Source: Parasitella parasitica NRRL 2501 (lineage: Eukaryota > Fungi > Mucoromycota). Taken from it: a DNA stretch of 64,000 bases. Positions within the stretch are counted from its first letter, which is position 1, and each line of letters starts with the position of its first letter. Positions 1 through 11,756 of the stretch are shown here, in pieces. The DNA lies in contig MU619245.1 in NCBI GenBank assembly GCA_025201805.1, positions 130,697 to 194,696 on the forward strand, in the 5' to 3' direction. A program made the position numbers and the translations under genes. Under the pieces are notes generated by a model. That model was not told the origin of the DNA. It saw only the letters and a list, made by a program, of their open reading frames with translations, and searched no databases.

Positions 1-960
1 TGTTTGAGATAAAAAAAGATGATGGGAGTAAAATTTTGACAGCCATGAGGATACTCATTATATGATTATGCCAATTCATAAATTTAGTATGTATAAAGTT
101 GAGCATCTTGGAGAAAAAGAGAACATAATAGTTCATCATAGTAATATGAGATGATAGAGTTGTCATTTCTTCTTTATAACGATAATGTAGCGAATGATTC
201 TTAAAAGACAGTATAAACAAGCGATTAAACGACATTTGAGAGCATCAGCAGTGATCTTATCAGTCATGCAGAAAACTGCAAGCCAAGTAGAGAAACTACG
301 AGTGATATCGATATTTTTCTCGCGAGCGAAACGAGCAAAAAAATTTGTCAATTCATTGAGAAATGTCTGTGTTTTCATAAAACTTCTAATGCACTATTAT
401 CAATACTAATCCGATAATAATATGCATCCAAATATGTAGCAAATCCTTAATAATCTATATCGCACCAAACTTCTTTGCTGTATTCGCCTACATTACCTCT
501 ATTCCTCCGTGCAGTTTCGTGTGAGGATAATGTCTCTATCAAAGTATTTAGCAGAAGGAGCAGCAATTTCACTGTAAAATAATATGATAATACAAAATAA
601 TATATTTATACGTACAAACGGATTAATCGTAACAGTAAAAAAATTTATCATAGCAACTAAAAACTGTGTAAAAGAGGATTCTATATCGTTCATTCCAAAT
701 GAATGTATTATATCATCTTCATATGTGCTTTGATACCTTCCAAATACAAGCTTTCTAATATCCATATTTCAAACAAAAATATATGCCCCAGATATCATTA
801 AATATTAAAAGAAATGCTGACGGTCTTAATCATCACCAATATCCTTAGTAATATATAAAACAATTTCTAGAAACCAAAACAGATAGGTACAAAACCATGG
901 CAGCAACTTCTGGAAATAGGTTACAATTAATTGAATAAACATCATCTTTAAAAACTTCTA
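1..960 (+). mobile_element. Possible very degenerate LINE ORF2 (post-RT/zf-RVT region) relic
   Basis: AT-rich with no intact ORF. Broken + strand frames give 'AIKRH..HQQ.SLSV' (~220-270) and 'IPSKYKLSNIHISNKNICP' (~730-790), which recall L1-clade ORF2 C-terminal segments. Weak. Confidence 0.25.
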
Positions 961-1079
961 TATTCTCTATTTATCCAACATTTGCCCGAGCATTACATAA
1001 TGCATATCACGTGCTTTTGCCATTTATTGAATATATTATTGAAATAGTATAAACTTTAATATTCTTCAAAAATATAAAC

Positions 1080-1151
1080 AGCATCTTGGCGCAGTGGCAG
1101 CGCGTTGGGCTCATAACCCAAAGGTCGCCTGATCGAAACGGGCAGATGCTA
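1080..1151 (+). tRNA. Initiator tRNA-Met (CAT)
   Basis: 72-nt cloverleaf AGCATCT...AGATGCT-A with A1:U72 pair, anticodon arm TTGGG-CTCATAA-CCCAA and T-loop GATCGAAAC (A54/A60 initiator signature). T-runs downstream fit a Pol III terminator. Confidence 0.96.
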
Positions 1152-1259
1152 CATACTTTTATTTTTTTAATTTTTTGTAGTGCATATAGTAACTTGGTAT
1201 TCTTTTTTAGGGTCTGCATGTTATTTTGATATACCAAGTCTAACAACAACTGGCTTCAA

Positions 1260-2120
1260 CTAAATAAATTCCTGTAATGATTTTAGCTGTTGCTGGAAAT
1301 GAGCTCTTCTTTGGGACAAATAGTGCAATCGTTCTTCTGTGTATTGGATCAATTCTTTTTTTTTTTCTTCAATGGCCCTACAAACATCCAAGTTACTCTT
1401 CTTGTTTACAGCTACAGCTTTTTTGGTGTGTCCTATTATTACTTTTTAATTTCTCGATACTCTTCCATAAACTTTTGAAAATCATTTCCTAGATCTTGTG
1501 AAACTAACAAACGATAGAGTAGATCAATGAGCCAAAATAAAAAATAAAAATAAAAATAAAAAAAAAGAAAAGTTACCTAATACAAGAGATTCAAATTGCT
1601 GGCTTGAAGGCTGGAGGAAGTCCATTGCAGAGCTTTTGTGCTCAAATACAGAATCCAATTCATCCATGATAATAGCTTGTTTAGTGTTTTCACCAGGACT
1701 CTTGGAAGAAGTTGTTGGCAATGCATTTTGGTTGGCGGATGGATTTAAGCTTTGCTGGTGCAAGACGTTCTGCTCTTGGTTTTGTTGTGCTTGTATCGGT
1801 TGCTGCTGTTGCTGTTGAGGTTGTATAGGCACATTGGGATACGATGTTTGGTTAGTTGAAATAGAGGTAGACATGGTTCTAGTCTGCATTTCGTCTATAG
1901 CTATAATACTAGAAGTAACATCATTATCGGTAGTACTGGAACCTGCCATATTAAAGGGCGGTATAAAGTGGTAACTCTCTGTATCATCAAATGAAATCTG
2001 TTTATTCTGTGCTGCATAAATGTTGGATGAGTTTGCCTTCTTTTTGCTGATTTTTGAGCGACTCATCCAGGTAGATGGGAGGTTGTTTGGGATTATGAGA
2101 GGAGGTGGTGTTCTCGGCAT
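1260..2120 (-). CDS. Hypothetical protein: disordered Q-rich N-terminus and C-terminal coiled coil (3 exons)
   Basis: ATG at 2120 (MPRTPPPLIIP). Two GT-AG introns join the frame to ...DLGNDFQKFMEEYREIKKAIEEKKKELIQYTEERLHYLSQRRAHFQQQLKSLQEFI*. Confidence 0.7.
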
Positions 2121-2539
2121 TTCGATGATATTAGAATTAAAGAAAAAGAGAGTTAGCTGACAACTTATGAACAAGTAGTTTATCCCGTTATAACTCGACA
2201 AAAAAGGGCATTCATGCAACCTACCAAAAAAAAAATTGACATTCTTCAAAAATGAAAGTGACCCATCATGCTATTCTCTGGACTTCTACAAACTGAGCCA
2301 AATTCATACGAAATCAGCCCTACCACCTGCTATTTAGTTTCTATATCTTGCTCTAAACAATCACTTATATGGTATAACAAAGTTTAATGTGAACCATCGT
2401 TTTTTGAGTCACGCCGGGAAAAAACAAATTCTCTAGTTTGCATGAATCCTCTCATGGGACCCTTTATAAAGCGAAAATGTTGTGTTCCAAACAATCTCTT
2501 TCTTCTTGTATTTCATATTATATTAAGAATAACAAAAAG

Positions 2540-4450
2540 ATGGGTAAAGCAAGAAGAAATTCCAACGGTGATCACCGCTCCTTGTACAAGAGAACTAGTA
2601 TTTCAAGAACGCCAGATGAACTGATCAAGAGGAGAGTCGCCATCAATGAAACACTTCGAAAGAAGCATCGTGAACAGCTCATTACTGCAAAGCGTTTCCG
2701 CAACTTGACCAGACATGAAGAGTATGAAAGTGCAGGCGAAGAAGAGCCTGCTTCAGAAAAGAAGGATGAATTCGATGGTAAGGCGTCTTAATTTATGAAC
2801 AGAGTATATACTGAATTCTAGTCTCAAATAGAGGAGATAAGCCCTTATTACCGATTATCTACAGAGCAAGTTGAAGGTTTGGCCAAAGATTTGACTAGCA
2901 ACGACAAGTCTCTTCGTATTGTTGCTGCACAACATATTGGAAAATTTGTTTTGGAGCCTGCAAAGGCTTTGATCAAATACATCACCGAAGGGGATTGTAT
3001 CGAAAGCTTAGCAGTAAGTTTTATTTTGTATGCATTTGGGCGCAANNNNNNNNNNAAAAAAAAACTCACAGCAAATGATTTCCGGCCCGAATCCCGATGA
3101 GCAAATTGAAGCAGCTCAAACTTTATCCAGTAATTATAAATCTATCATGATTTTGTGTCTTTACTAATTCTCTGCATATGTAGACATTGCTGCTGGTTCT
3201 TACGATCTCTGGATTAAATCTGTCTCGACGGCCCCTTTTCTGATTTCTCTTTTGGATTCTGAAAACATGGTATATTGAGAGCAAAGTGAAAATATAAAGT
3301 AAAGAAAATACTAAAAGGTTTTCTTTCTTTTTTTTTTTTGCTTTCAAAAGAACCTCCGGGAAATTGCTGCGGGCGCTCTGGGCAACATGGCTGCCGAAGA
3401 CTTGGGTGATATGAACGATGAGGATGACAAGGTGCGAGCAACTATTCGTGATAATGGAGCTATTAAATCATTGGCACGCATGTTGGACTCTAGCGATGTC
3501 CGTTTAATTCAGTCAGCATGCTTTGCCTTGGCTAATTTAGCTCGTGGCGAAGAAGGTCAATTAAAAGAATTCTGCACTGTTGGTCTAGCGGATAAGTTGC
3601 TGAAAAACCTCGATAACGAAGATACTGCTACGGAAGCCTGCTGGGTTATTAGTTATCTGACAGCTGGTAGCGCAAAGTTTCGGGAGGAGATCATGCAGAA
3701 GGGGTTTGCTGATTTACTAGTCAAGGACTTGGCTAAGCTAGCCGAACAAGGGCCCGTTGTGTTGCCTGTCTTGAGAACATTAGGTAATCTTGTGGGGTCT
3801 GAAGATTATTTGAAGGTTTTGGCCGAAAAAGAAGCATTTCTGCCAACTGTGGTAACTTTAATCAAGTCGAGTCAAAGGTGAGCACAGCATGTCCATTGTT
3901 GTAACGCGCTTTATCTTACATATAAGCGTTCTCCAGTAGAGTTGTAAAGAAAGAGGCACTATGGGTATTGTCCAATATCACATCAAGGTAGTTTTGGTTC
4001 ACTCGATGATGGTGATTGAAAAATACTGACGCTTTCTTTTGTAGCCAAGACCCTGATATTATTCAAAAACTGGAAGAGCTTGGTGTGATTCAACATCTCT
4101 CCGAACTTGTTGTTCGTGGCGCCTTTGATATACGTACAGGAGCTGCTTATTGCATCATGAACATTGCTAATCATGGCCCAGAGCACCTGGATAAATTATC
4201 ACACAAACAGTTGCTGCCTGCTTTCTTGGATCTTGTCAAATCTCACGATGCAGACATGATTAGGTTGGGATTAGGATATATCGAATTACTTTTGACACAA
4301 TCGCCCAAAGGCGTAGAAATTATTGACAATGTCCCTGATTGTATGGAGGCACTTGCTGCTGTTGCACCTGCCCCCGATCCAGAGTTGTTTGCTTTTGCTA
4401 ACAAACTTGTGGATCAATATTTCGGTGAATCACCAGAAATGCAAGATTAA
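2540..4450 (+). CDS. Importin-alpha-like / TMCO6-like ARM-repeat protein with IBB-like N-terminus
   Basis: IBB-like 'RRVAINETLRKKHREQLITAKRFR'. ARM helix-3 motifs AAGALGNM, ACFALANL, ACWVISYL, LRTLGNL, ALWVLSNI. C-terminal 'ANKLVDQYFG'. Multi-exon with one N gap. Confidence 0.85.
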
Positions 4451-4518
4451 TGTTTGTCATCGCTTTATTGTACATTGTATATAATATAAAACTGGTTATT
4501 CTTATCCGATCAACAGAT

Positions 4519-6335
4519 TTAAATGGAATTCTCTGAGAGATTGTATTTCGTGTTGAAATTCCTTTCACATTTGCGAATCCATCGTCGTCGTCTTGTCACA
4601 CTTTTATCATGAACAGTATCAGTTGCTGTAGTTGGCTGTTGATTGTTGATAACATTGCTTCCATTTCTCGGATTTTCCCAATTGTTATCAGTGTACACCC
4701 ATCCGCCATTTTCAGGACTCACCATTACTTCTACTAGGGGTTTTTAATGCCATTATTACAAAAATGGAAATTTGACCTACCTAAACCGAGCATCTCATCA
4801 ATCCAAGGTCCACTCTTGTCAAGACTCCAATTATCTTCAACCCAATGATACCCTTCAGGAGCCGGTAATTCTTCTTTCGGTGCCAGCTCAATAGAACCAG
4901 ACATGTCAGACCACAATCCACGTTCATGAGGCAACATCTATTTAAAATAGTCAGAAGAAAAAAAAAGATGGGAGAATATTAGGTATATTACGTGAGGGAT
5001 AAAGCCACTTCCAGACCACCATCTTTGATTTTCATACAATGATAACTCTTGAATGTTTGCTTGGTCGTCAAGGCGTTTTTCCACCTGAGTATACCATTGA
5101 ACTGCCGAATTCATTTGCGATTGCCCGATTTCAGCGACTTGCGGAAGCATTTCTTTCAACACAAACTTTGCAAATCTGGTGTTTAACAGGAACAATGAAG
5201 TACCACCCACCAAGAATATTACGTTCAAAGGAATAAACCAAATTGCTACAGCTAAAGCGCCCAAAGAGACCATTGTGCCTTGAAACAATCGCATAGTTTC
5301 GACCTCTGATGACCAATCGACGTAATGGCTATTGGAAGCAATCAAGTCGTATATATCACTCATTTCTCCCATCATATTCTGTAAATTCTGCATGTTTTTC
5401 AGGTACTCAGGGGAAGTCTCATCAAACGCAGGGAAAAAAGCCGAAGCAAAATTAAAGCGACTACTTGCGGAAGTAGATGTAGTTGTAGTCCAAGTCGATT
5501 TCGCAGGCTGTGGCATCTTGGCTTGATTATGATGGGGCTCTTCGCCGTGAGCTTCCATCTCGCTTTTACTGCCAAACTTTTTTGTATAGCCAGAAATTAT
5601 GATTTGAATCAATATTACATGTGGCACAAACAGGATTAATTTGGGATGCAGACCTTGACAAAAGAATAGATGAATACAAGAATGGTTGGTTTTAACAACA
5701 CTGAAAAAAAAAAAACTTACAAATCAAACAGTAAATAATAAGAGCCGCTAATGTATCAATTGGCTTATTCCAGCTTAGCAAAAGAATCACATTATCCCGA
5801 AATGCAAACATTGGGCCACATCTTGAGACAAACCGAGAGAAGTTTTTAGCAGTGTTTTGCGGGTTTAAGGGCGGTAAGTTTGCTAGATATTCGTTGGGGG
5901 GTTGTGTTGCATCTGATGAATGGATAGCTGCAGACACAAGTACGTTTTGAAATTCCTCAGATGTTGCTATTTTTTTGAGCTTCGACAATGAGCTACCTTC
6001 GGCTGTGGGCGTTGGAGAAAACGATCCATCATCCTTGTGTTGTTGTTGCAGAGATCGCAGAGCATTCGCTGCTGGTGAATCGTAATCTGATTTACGGTGG
6101 ACTGGCGCATTTTCTGATAGCTTTGTACTAGTGCAAGGCTTCAATTCCTTTTGACAATTGGAGTGGGAAACAGTGCCACAACCTAAGAAAGCTTAGTTGA
6201 TCATGCACCTGAAAAGAACGTTCAAATACCTGAGCATTTGAGTCCTTGTTTAACAAGTCCCCATAAAAGACCTTGGCAATGGTCGCAGTAGGTTGGTTTA
6301 CTAAAGTTTGCTTCCTCGAGGGTATGACTAGACAT
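4519..6335 (-). CDS. Pex24/Pex30-family peroxin (reticulon-like + DysF) with N-terminal C1 domain
   Basis: DysF motifs [16 protein letters not shown] and TRRRRWIR. Hydrophobic hairpins and '[12 protein letters not shown]'. Exons 1-2 encode [49 protein letters not shown] (C1 zinc finger). Confidence 0.85.
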
Positions 6336-6503
6336 GGTTTATAGTCGAAAGAAAGTAATCAGGAAACCTTTGTGTTGATGCGGCATCTTTCTTTGAGGAA
6401 TGATCGCCACGTGAAGTATAGAGTCACGTATCTTTTTCGTTTGACGGAAGCACTGGATCTTTGAAAGCCATACCATACCCATAACATACACCTTTTTTTT
6501 TAA

Positions 6504-7936
6504 ATGAAACAAACTCGACAGGATAGCTACAACTCCAGCGAAGTGTTCAGCCCGCCGTTATGGAGACAAAGAAGAAATTTCATCCAAGACGTCCTGAATA
6601 GATTTGATATAGAAACTGTTGGTAGCAGTTCCAAATGCTCATACTCTCATCTGTCAGTTTCTAATCACATACTCTCTAGGTGCTTGATTACGGTTGCGGC
6701 GAGGCATCTGTATTGGCATTCTTAATATCTCCTACAGAAAATAAACTCACAAAGATTGCAGGAATCGACATTGACCACGAAGCTCTGAAAGAAGCTGTCG
6801 ATCGTTGTTTGCCTTACAAGAGCGACTTTCAACACTTGAGGCTTCGACCGCTTGTTATAGATATTTTTCAAGGTGATAAAATTTGCATTTTACGGAATCA
6901 AGCAATTAATCATACATCGCAGGTTCTGTTGGAATCGCTGACGACAGGCTGAAAAATTATCAGGCTATTGTCTGCTCAGAGGTCATCGAGCATGTTTATC
7001 CAGATGTATTGGATCGGTTTTTGGAATTAACACTAGGTGTGTATCATCCTGAAGTCTTGATTGTTACTACTCCAAACGGCGAGTACAATGTCAATTTTCC
7101 TGATTTAAAATACAATACGCCTGAATCCATGTTCAGACACGATGACCACAAGTTTGAATGGACTCGAAAAGAATTTGAGGCCTGGTATATGCGCTGCATG
7201 CAAATTCAAGTGCGATACTAATGGAGCTTTTGGAAATAGGTGCGAGGAAGGCGTGAAGAAATATAACTACAAAGCCGAGTACCATGGGATTGGGCTGCTA
7301 CATCAGAAATGCGACAATCTTGAGAATGGTCACTGCACACAGGCATGTGTGTTCACTCGATCAGCAGATTTTACATTGCCAAATAACGACACAGTGCATG
7401 GAACCCCTCATCAATTGTTAAAACACATTGAATTCCCGTACTGCAATGAAGAAGCGCCCTCGAGTGATCAGATAATCAAGGAACTGGACTATTTTATTGA
7501 AAGTCTATGCAAAGCTGAATATTATATGAACGAGGAACCAACGAAAGGCTTTCAGTCCAAGGATGTTGATCAGCAACAACCGATCGATCTTGACATAACA
7601 GCTATTGATTGGGAAACCTTCGATTTATCCAAGTATGGCCTCCAGCAAGAAGAGCAGCCCTCACCCAATATATATACCCCAATAAAAAGTACCTCTTCTT
7701 CCTCCACTGACATTACACCAATCCATATCAGTATATCAAGCCTATGGTGTATACCCAGATTGCAGCAAATTTGCGAGTCTAAAGAAAAGATGATTGAGAT
7801 TCTTCAGGCGAGCGATGTTGAAGGAGGGCATTATCAAGTGATGGATAACGACAGCACACTTGCTGTATCCAAATCATTTGATTGGGCGGGTGATAATGAG
7901 TCTGTGAAATCATTCTCTTCAAAAGAAGATTGGTAA
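6504..7936 (+). CDS. HEN1: Small RNA 2'-O-methyltransferase
   Basis: HEN1 motifs FSPPLWRQR, LDYGCGE (SAM binding), EVIEH, TTPNGEYN and FRHDDHKFEWTRKEF spread over 4 exons. Confidence 0.92.
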
Positions 7937-8218
7937 ACAATGTACACATAGATGCAATGTTATGAATAAAATTATAGCCGTATAAATGGAAGGACAAATA
8001 CTAGTGTTTTTGATGTTGTCCATGTTTAAATGGCCAAAAGTAAACGTACATCTGCAATTCGATATTTATTCTTCAAGATAGATAATCAAATGATCAGATA
8101 TTGACTTGCCATATTATACGTTGTAATTATGTCAAAAAAATGCTATAGAAAGTTACATTTAGATAATTAAAATGTAATTTTTTTTTATTAGCGTCAGTTT
8201 TTGATTATATCTACAGAG

Positions 8219-9565
8219 TTATTGCTGCTGTTCGTCATCGTTCATAAGCGATGCGAATAACGGTTTTCCATAAGCAACCAAATATTGTGCTTCTTTATCG
8301 CCCTCTTCTGCTAAATTGTATATCAGCAGCTTTGTCTGATCTCTACACCAACGACGTAAACGCACACAGTCCTCTAGCGCCTCTCTACTATGAGTCCAGT
8401 CTGCATCTACGCCCGTAGTTCCAGTTGTGATGGCGATAAAGACACGCCATGATGCAATAACTTGTTTCAGCATGTCATAGTTTTTATCGATCAATGCCAT
8501 ATGATACCAAGCAAACAAAGGCAGTAACATCAACACACACAATAGGCTAATCAAGCCATAACCAGTCAATTTCCAAAGTAACCAGATCAAAGTGCCATAA
8601 ACAGGAATTGCTAAAAAGAAACTAAAGATGAGCTTATCTTGAGATACGGATTCGGTATAAGGTTCATAGGAGTCAATCAAACGACCAAGGATATAAAACG
8701 GAGAATTGATGATAATCCCAGGCAAGAATAAGGGTATCTGAGCAACTAAACCAGTCCATGTTGATACAAGTCTCAAGGTTGCTCTTGTCATTGTGATCTC
8801 TTGATTTTCGTACATGCTGATATCGCCGGCATTTAATCGAAGACTTTTAAGATTCTTTGAAAACATGAGTAGTCTCTCCTTTAATTCCATTCTTTCTTTA
8901 TAATATAACGCCTCCTTGTCGTCTGTATTCTTGGGATGGAAAAGTGCTATAAAACTATCACGACAAAAAAATTCAGCTTTCAGGGCCTATTGCTACACTT
9001 TTTTTTGTTGTTCTATTTTTACCTTTGAGATACGTGCACATATTCCTCTAAGCGAACGCCTCGTGAGTCACCAAACAAGATGAACCTTGCTTCGCTTGCT
9101 GCATGTGATGTATCCCTGAACACACAAACATTTTCATATGTCAATAAATCACAAAGGGTTTTAATAAAATTCTAATTTACCAATCTGGACTATTGATCGT
9201 ACTACGTTCGACACCTTCTGCGATACGATCTGTCAAATTTTTCACGCTTTTTTTCGGGTCGCTATGGAACTCTTCAAGGTCATCCAGAGTTTGAACGATA
9301 GGCTCGCCATATCTACAAACAAAAAGGAAATTAGACATTCACAGTAAAACACACAGCGCACGCAACTTACTCTACTACCATTTCGCTTCTCCATCTATTC
9401 TTTGTGCTATACGTGATGCCAACTGGGATAATCGAAACACTTTTGGGCCCATCCTCTCTTTTAGCTAATTGTGTCAGATACTCGAAGCTAGCCCAGCTTA
9501 TACCATCCTTGAAAGGTAAGTGATTCGGTGCAGTATATGATGTGCCTGTTACATGATAGTAAATA

Positions 9566-9611
<46 letters not shown>

Positions 9612-10010
9612 TTATAATTTCATCATCTTACCTTCAGGGAATAAAGCAACGACATCGCCTCTGTCAAGCGTCAGGAGAGTATGCTCGAATAGTTTTGCGT
9701 TGCTATGCGTTTTTGTGTCCACAGGCAATACACCAGCAGATTTTAAAATTTTTCCAACTAGAGGTATACGAAAAAAGCGAGCCAACGCCCAGAAATGACA
9801 TGGTCTTGAGTGCGGAAATGTGGCAATGAGCACGATGGGATCCAGCACCATATTTGAATGATTAGCAGCAATCAACAATGGACCCTCAGCAGGAACGGGC
9901 GTCCTGCAAATGATCTTGATGTTTCGAAAGTAAACCCATAAAGCTAACCTCGATAGATACTGTAACGTTATGTACGTTTTACCTTCTCCTTGTTTTTCTA
10001 AACTTGGCAT
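8219..10010 (-). CDS. Glycerol-3-phosphate/DHAP O-acyltransferase (Gpt2/Sct1-like)
   Basis: Acyltransferase motifs ANHSNMVLD (HxxxxD), ALFPEG and LPFKDG, plus C-terminal transmembrane helices. Confidence 0.85.
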
Positions 10011-10189
10011 GTTTTTATGAACAACAACAACAAAAAAAAAAAAAAAAAAGTGTGAAGAAAAGGGTGTTTCAATAAACTTTTTTGTACATGGCAAGTCTTT
10101 CCCAAACAGACAGTTGCATGTTTTCTGCTTGTACGTGACTCGATTAAACAATGCTTGTCTTTTATTTTTCGATGCTACAACTTGTAATT

Positions 10190-11139
10190 TTACTTTGTGT
10201 TGATAAAGTAAGCAATAGCAGCAACCATCAACCCAAGCAGAATTACAATACTTGGTGGGAATCCAGATTTAACTTCCAATTTCTCAATGACCACTGATTC
10301 CGCCTCACGTAGGTTTTTCACTTGTTTCTTGTACATTTCTAGCTCTTCTTCCATCTTCTTTATCTTGTCTTCTTGGCTCTGATTTGTCTGCAAGTTTCAT
10401 GTTATTTTTGACATGATACATTGTTCAAAACACAAACCAACTTACATTTTCTTGGGCGGAAGATGGGATTGATCTGGCAGCAGGCGAAGCAGGAGTAGCA
10501 GGAGCAACAGTAACATGGTTGCTCTCTGTAGAATTAGTACTGGCTCCGTTCGGTACATAGACACAGCGCAGTTTAAGCTCTTGAATGCTTTTTTTGTCAT
10601 TATCCTCAACATAACTCCACTAAAAGATGTACTAATCTCAGCACACTTTGTTACCACGAAAACCATTCTCTACTTACAAAGTCTGCAATATTCTTATCCT
10701 CTGTCTTCTCGTTGACAAGCGCGCTAAGGATCAGAAATTTGTCTTTACATTTGAAATTCATATCTGGCTCCTTTTGTTGAGCTTGTAACATGACTAGATG
10801 ATGATCATGTTGATGCGTAAATGTATGGACACTCCTCCCGGATTCATGATAAAGCACTTACTTTGAACGTCAATAGAGCCACCAGGGGGGATGAAATCAG
10901 AGTTTGGACGAACACAATACAGCTTGGGTGCCGTTGTCTTGAATTTGAAGGCAACGTGCTTGTCATTGGGATTTGTAATAACAACATTCTGCTTAACAAC
11001 ACGTGTCAAAGGTCCTATATATTTTATAACAATAAGTATCTCGTTTGCAATACGAATTACCCGAGAAAATAATAAACAATGCAATTCTAGACTTACTTTC
11101 AAAGCTAATAGTATTTTCGTGATTAATTTGAATAGACAT
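10190..11139 (-). CDS. SCS2: VAP/Scs2 MSP-domain ER anchor protein
   Basis: VAP signature 'VAFKFKTTAPKLYCVRPNS' and 'CKDKFL', followed by a coiled coil and a C-terminal TM segment. Confidence 0.92.
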
Positions 11140-11756
11140 TTTAGTATTAATAGATATTATAAAAAAAAAAAAAAAAAAAAGTAGTAAAGGGAAAAGAAAA
11201 AAGATGAGAAAGGGAAAAGTCCACAAGGTATTTTTTTTTTCTTTGCCGTCCCCCTGTCCAATTAGGGAATGAGGATTAAAGGAAGAAGTAGCGAGAATAG
11301 ATTGTACTATCTTTAATAATTGTAGGAGGTTCGAACAGCCATATTTATACTCTATTGAGCTATCTATTATACGGAGAGGGTCTAAAAGAGATTTTAAAAT
11401 ATCTATTGATAGTGTTGTTGTAATGAAGAATAGATTGCATAATTTCATCATATAGAAATGACAGACATGCATATTTGAAATTAAATACATCAGATTGGAA
11501 GACGTCAATGTTGACAGCTTCTCGTTGCTAGGCAACCACTACATCAAATAACTTGTATTTGGAAGTGCTTGGTTCTATTCCTCTAGTAGGCATGCATTAA
11601 TTTTCTGTAGAATTGAAAATGAATGGAATGTTGAAAAAGTTTATTTATAATTGTGAGGATATAATGTACTAAAATTTAATTTTATAATCGACTCAACTTG
11701 TATACTTTTACTCCTTTTCATATCATCTATTTTATTCTCTTTCTTCAGAAAAAATA

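Noticed and set aside
10993-11535. 180-aa ORF upstream of SCS2 and the many antisense ORFs in the track
   Set aside because: Low-complexity or shadow frames of real genes; no coding signal.
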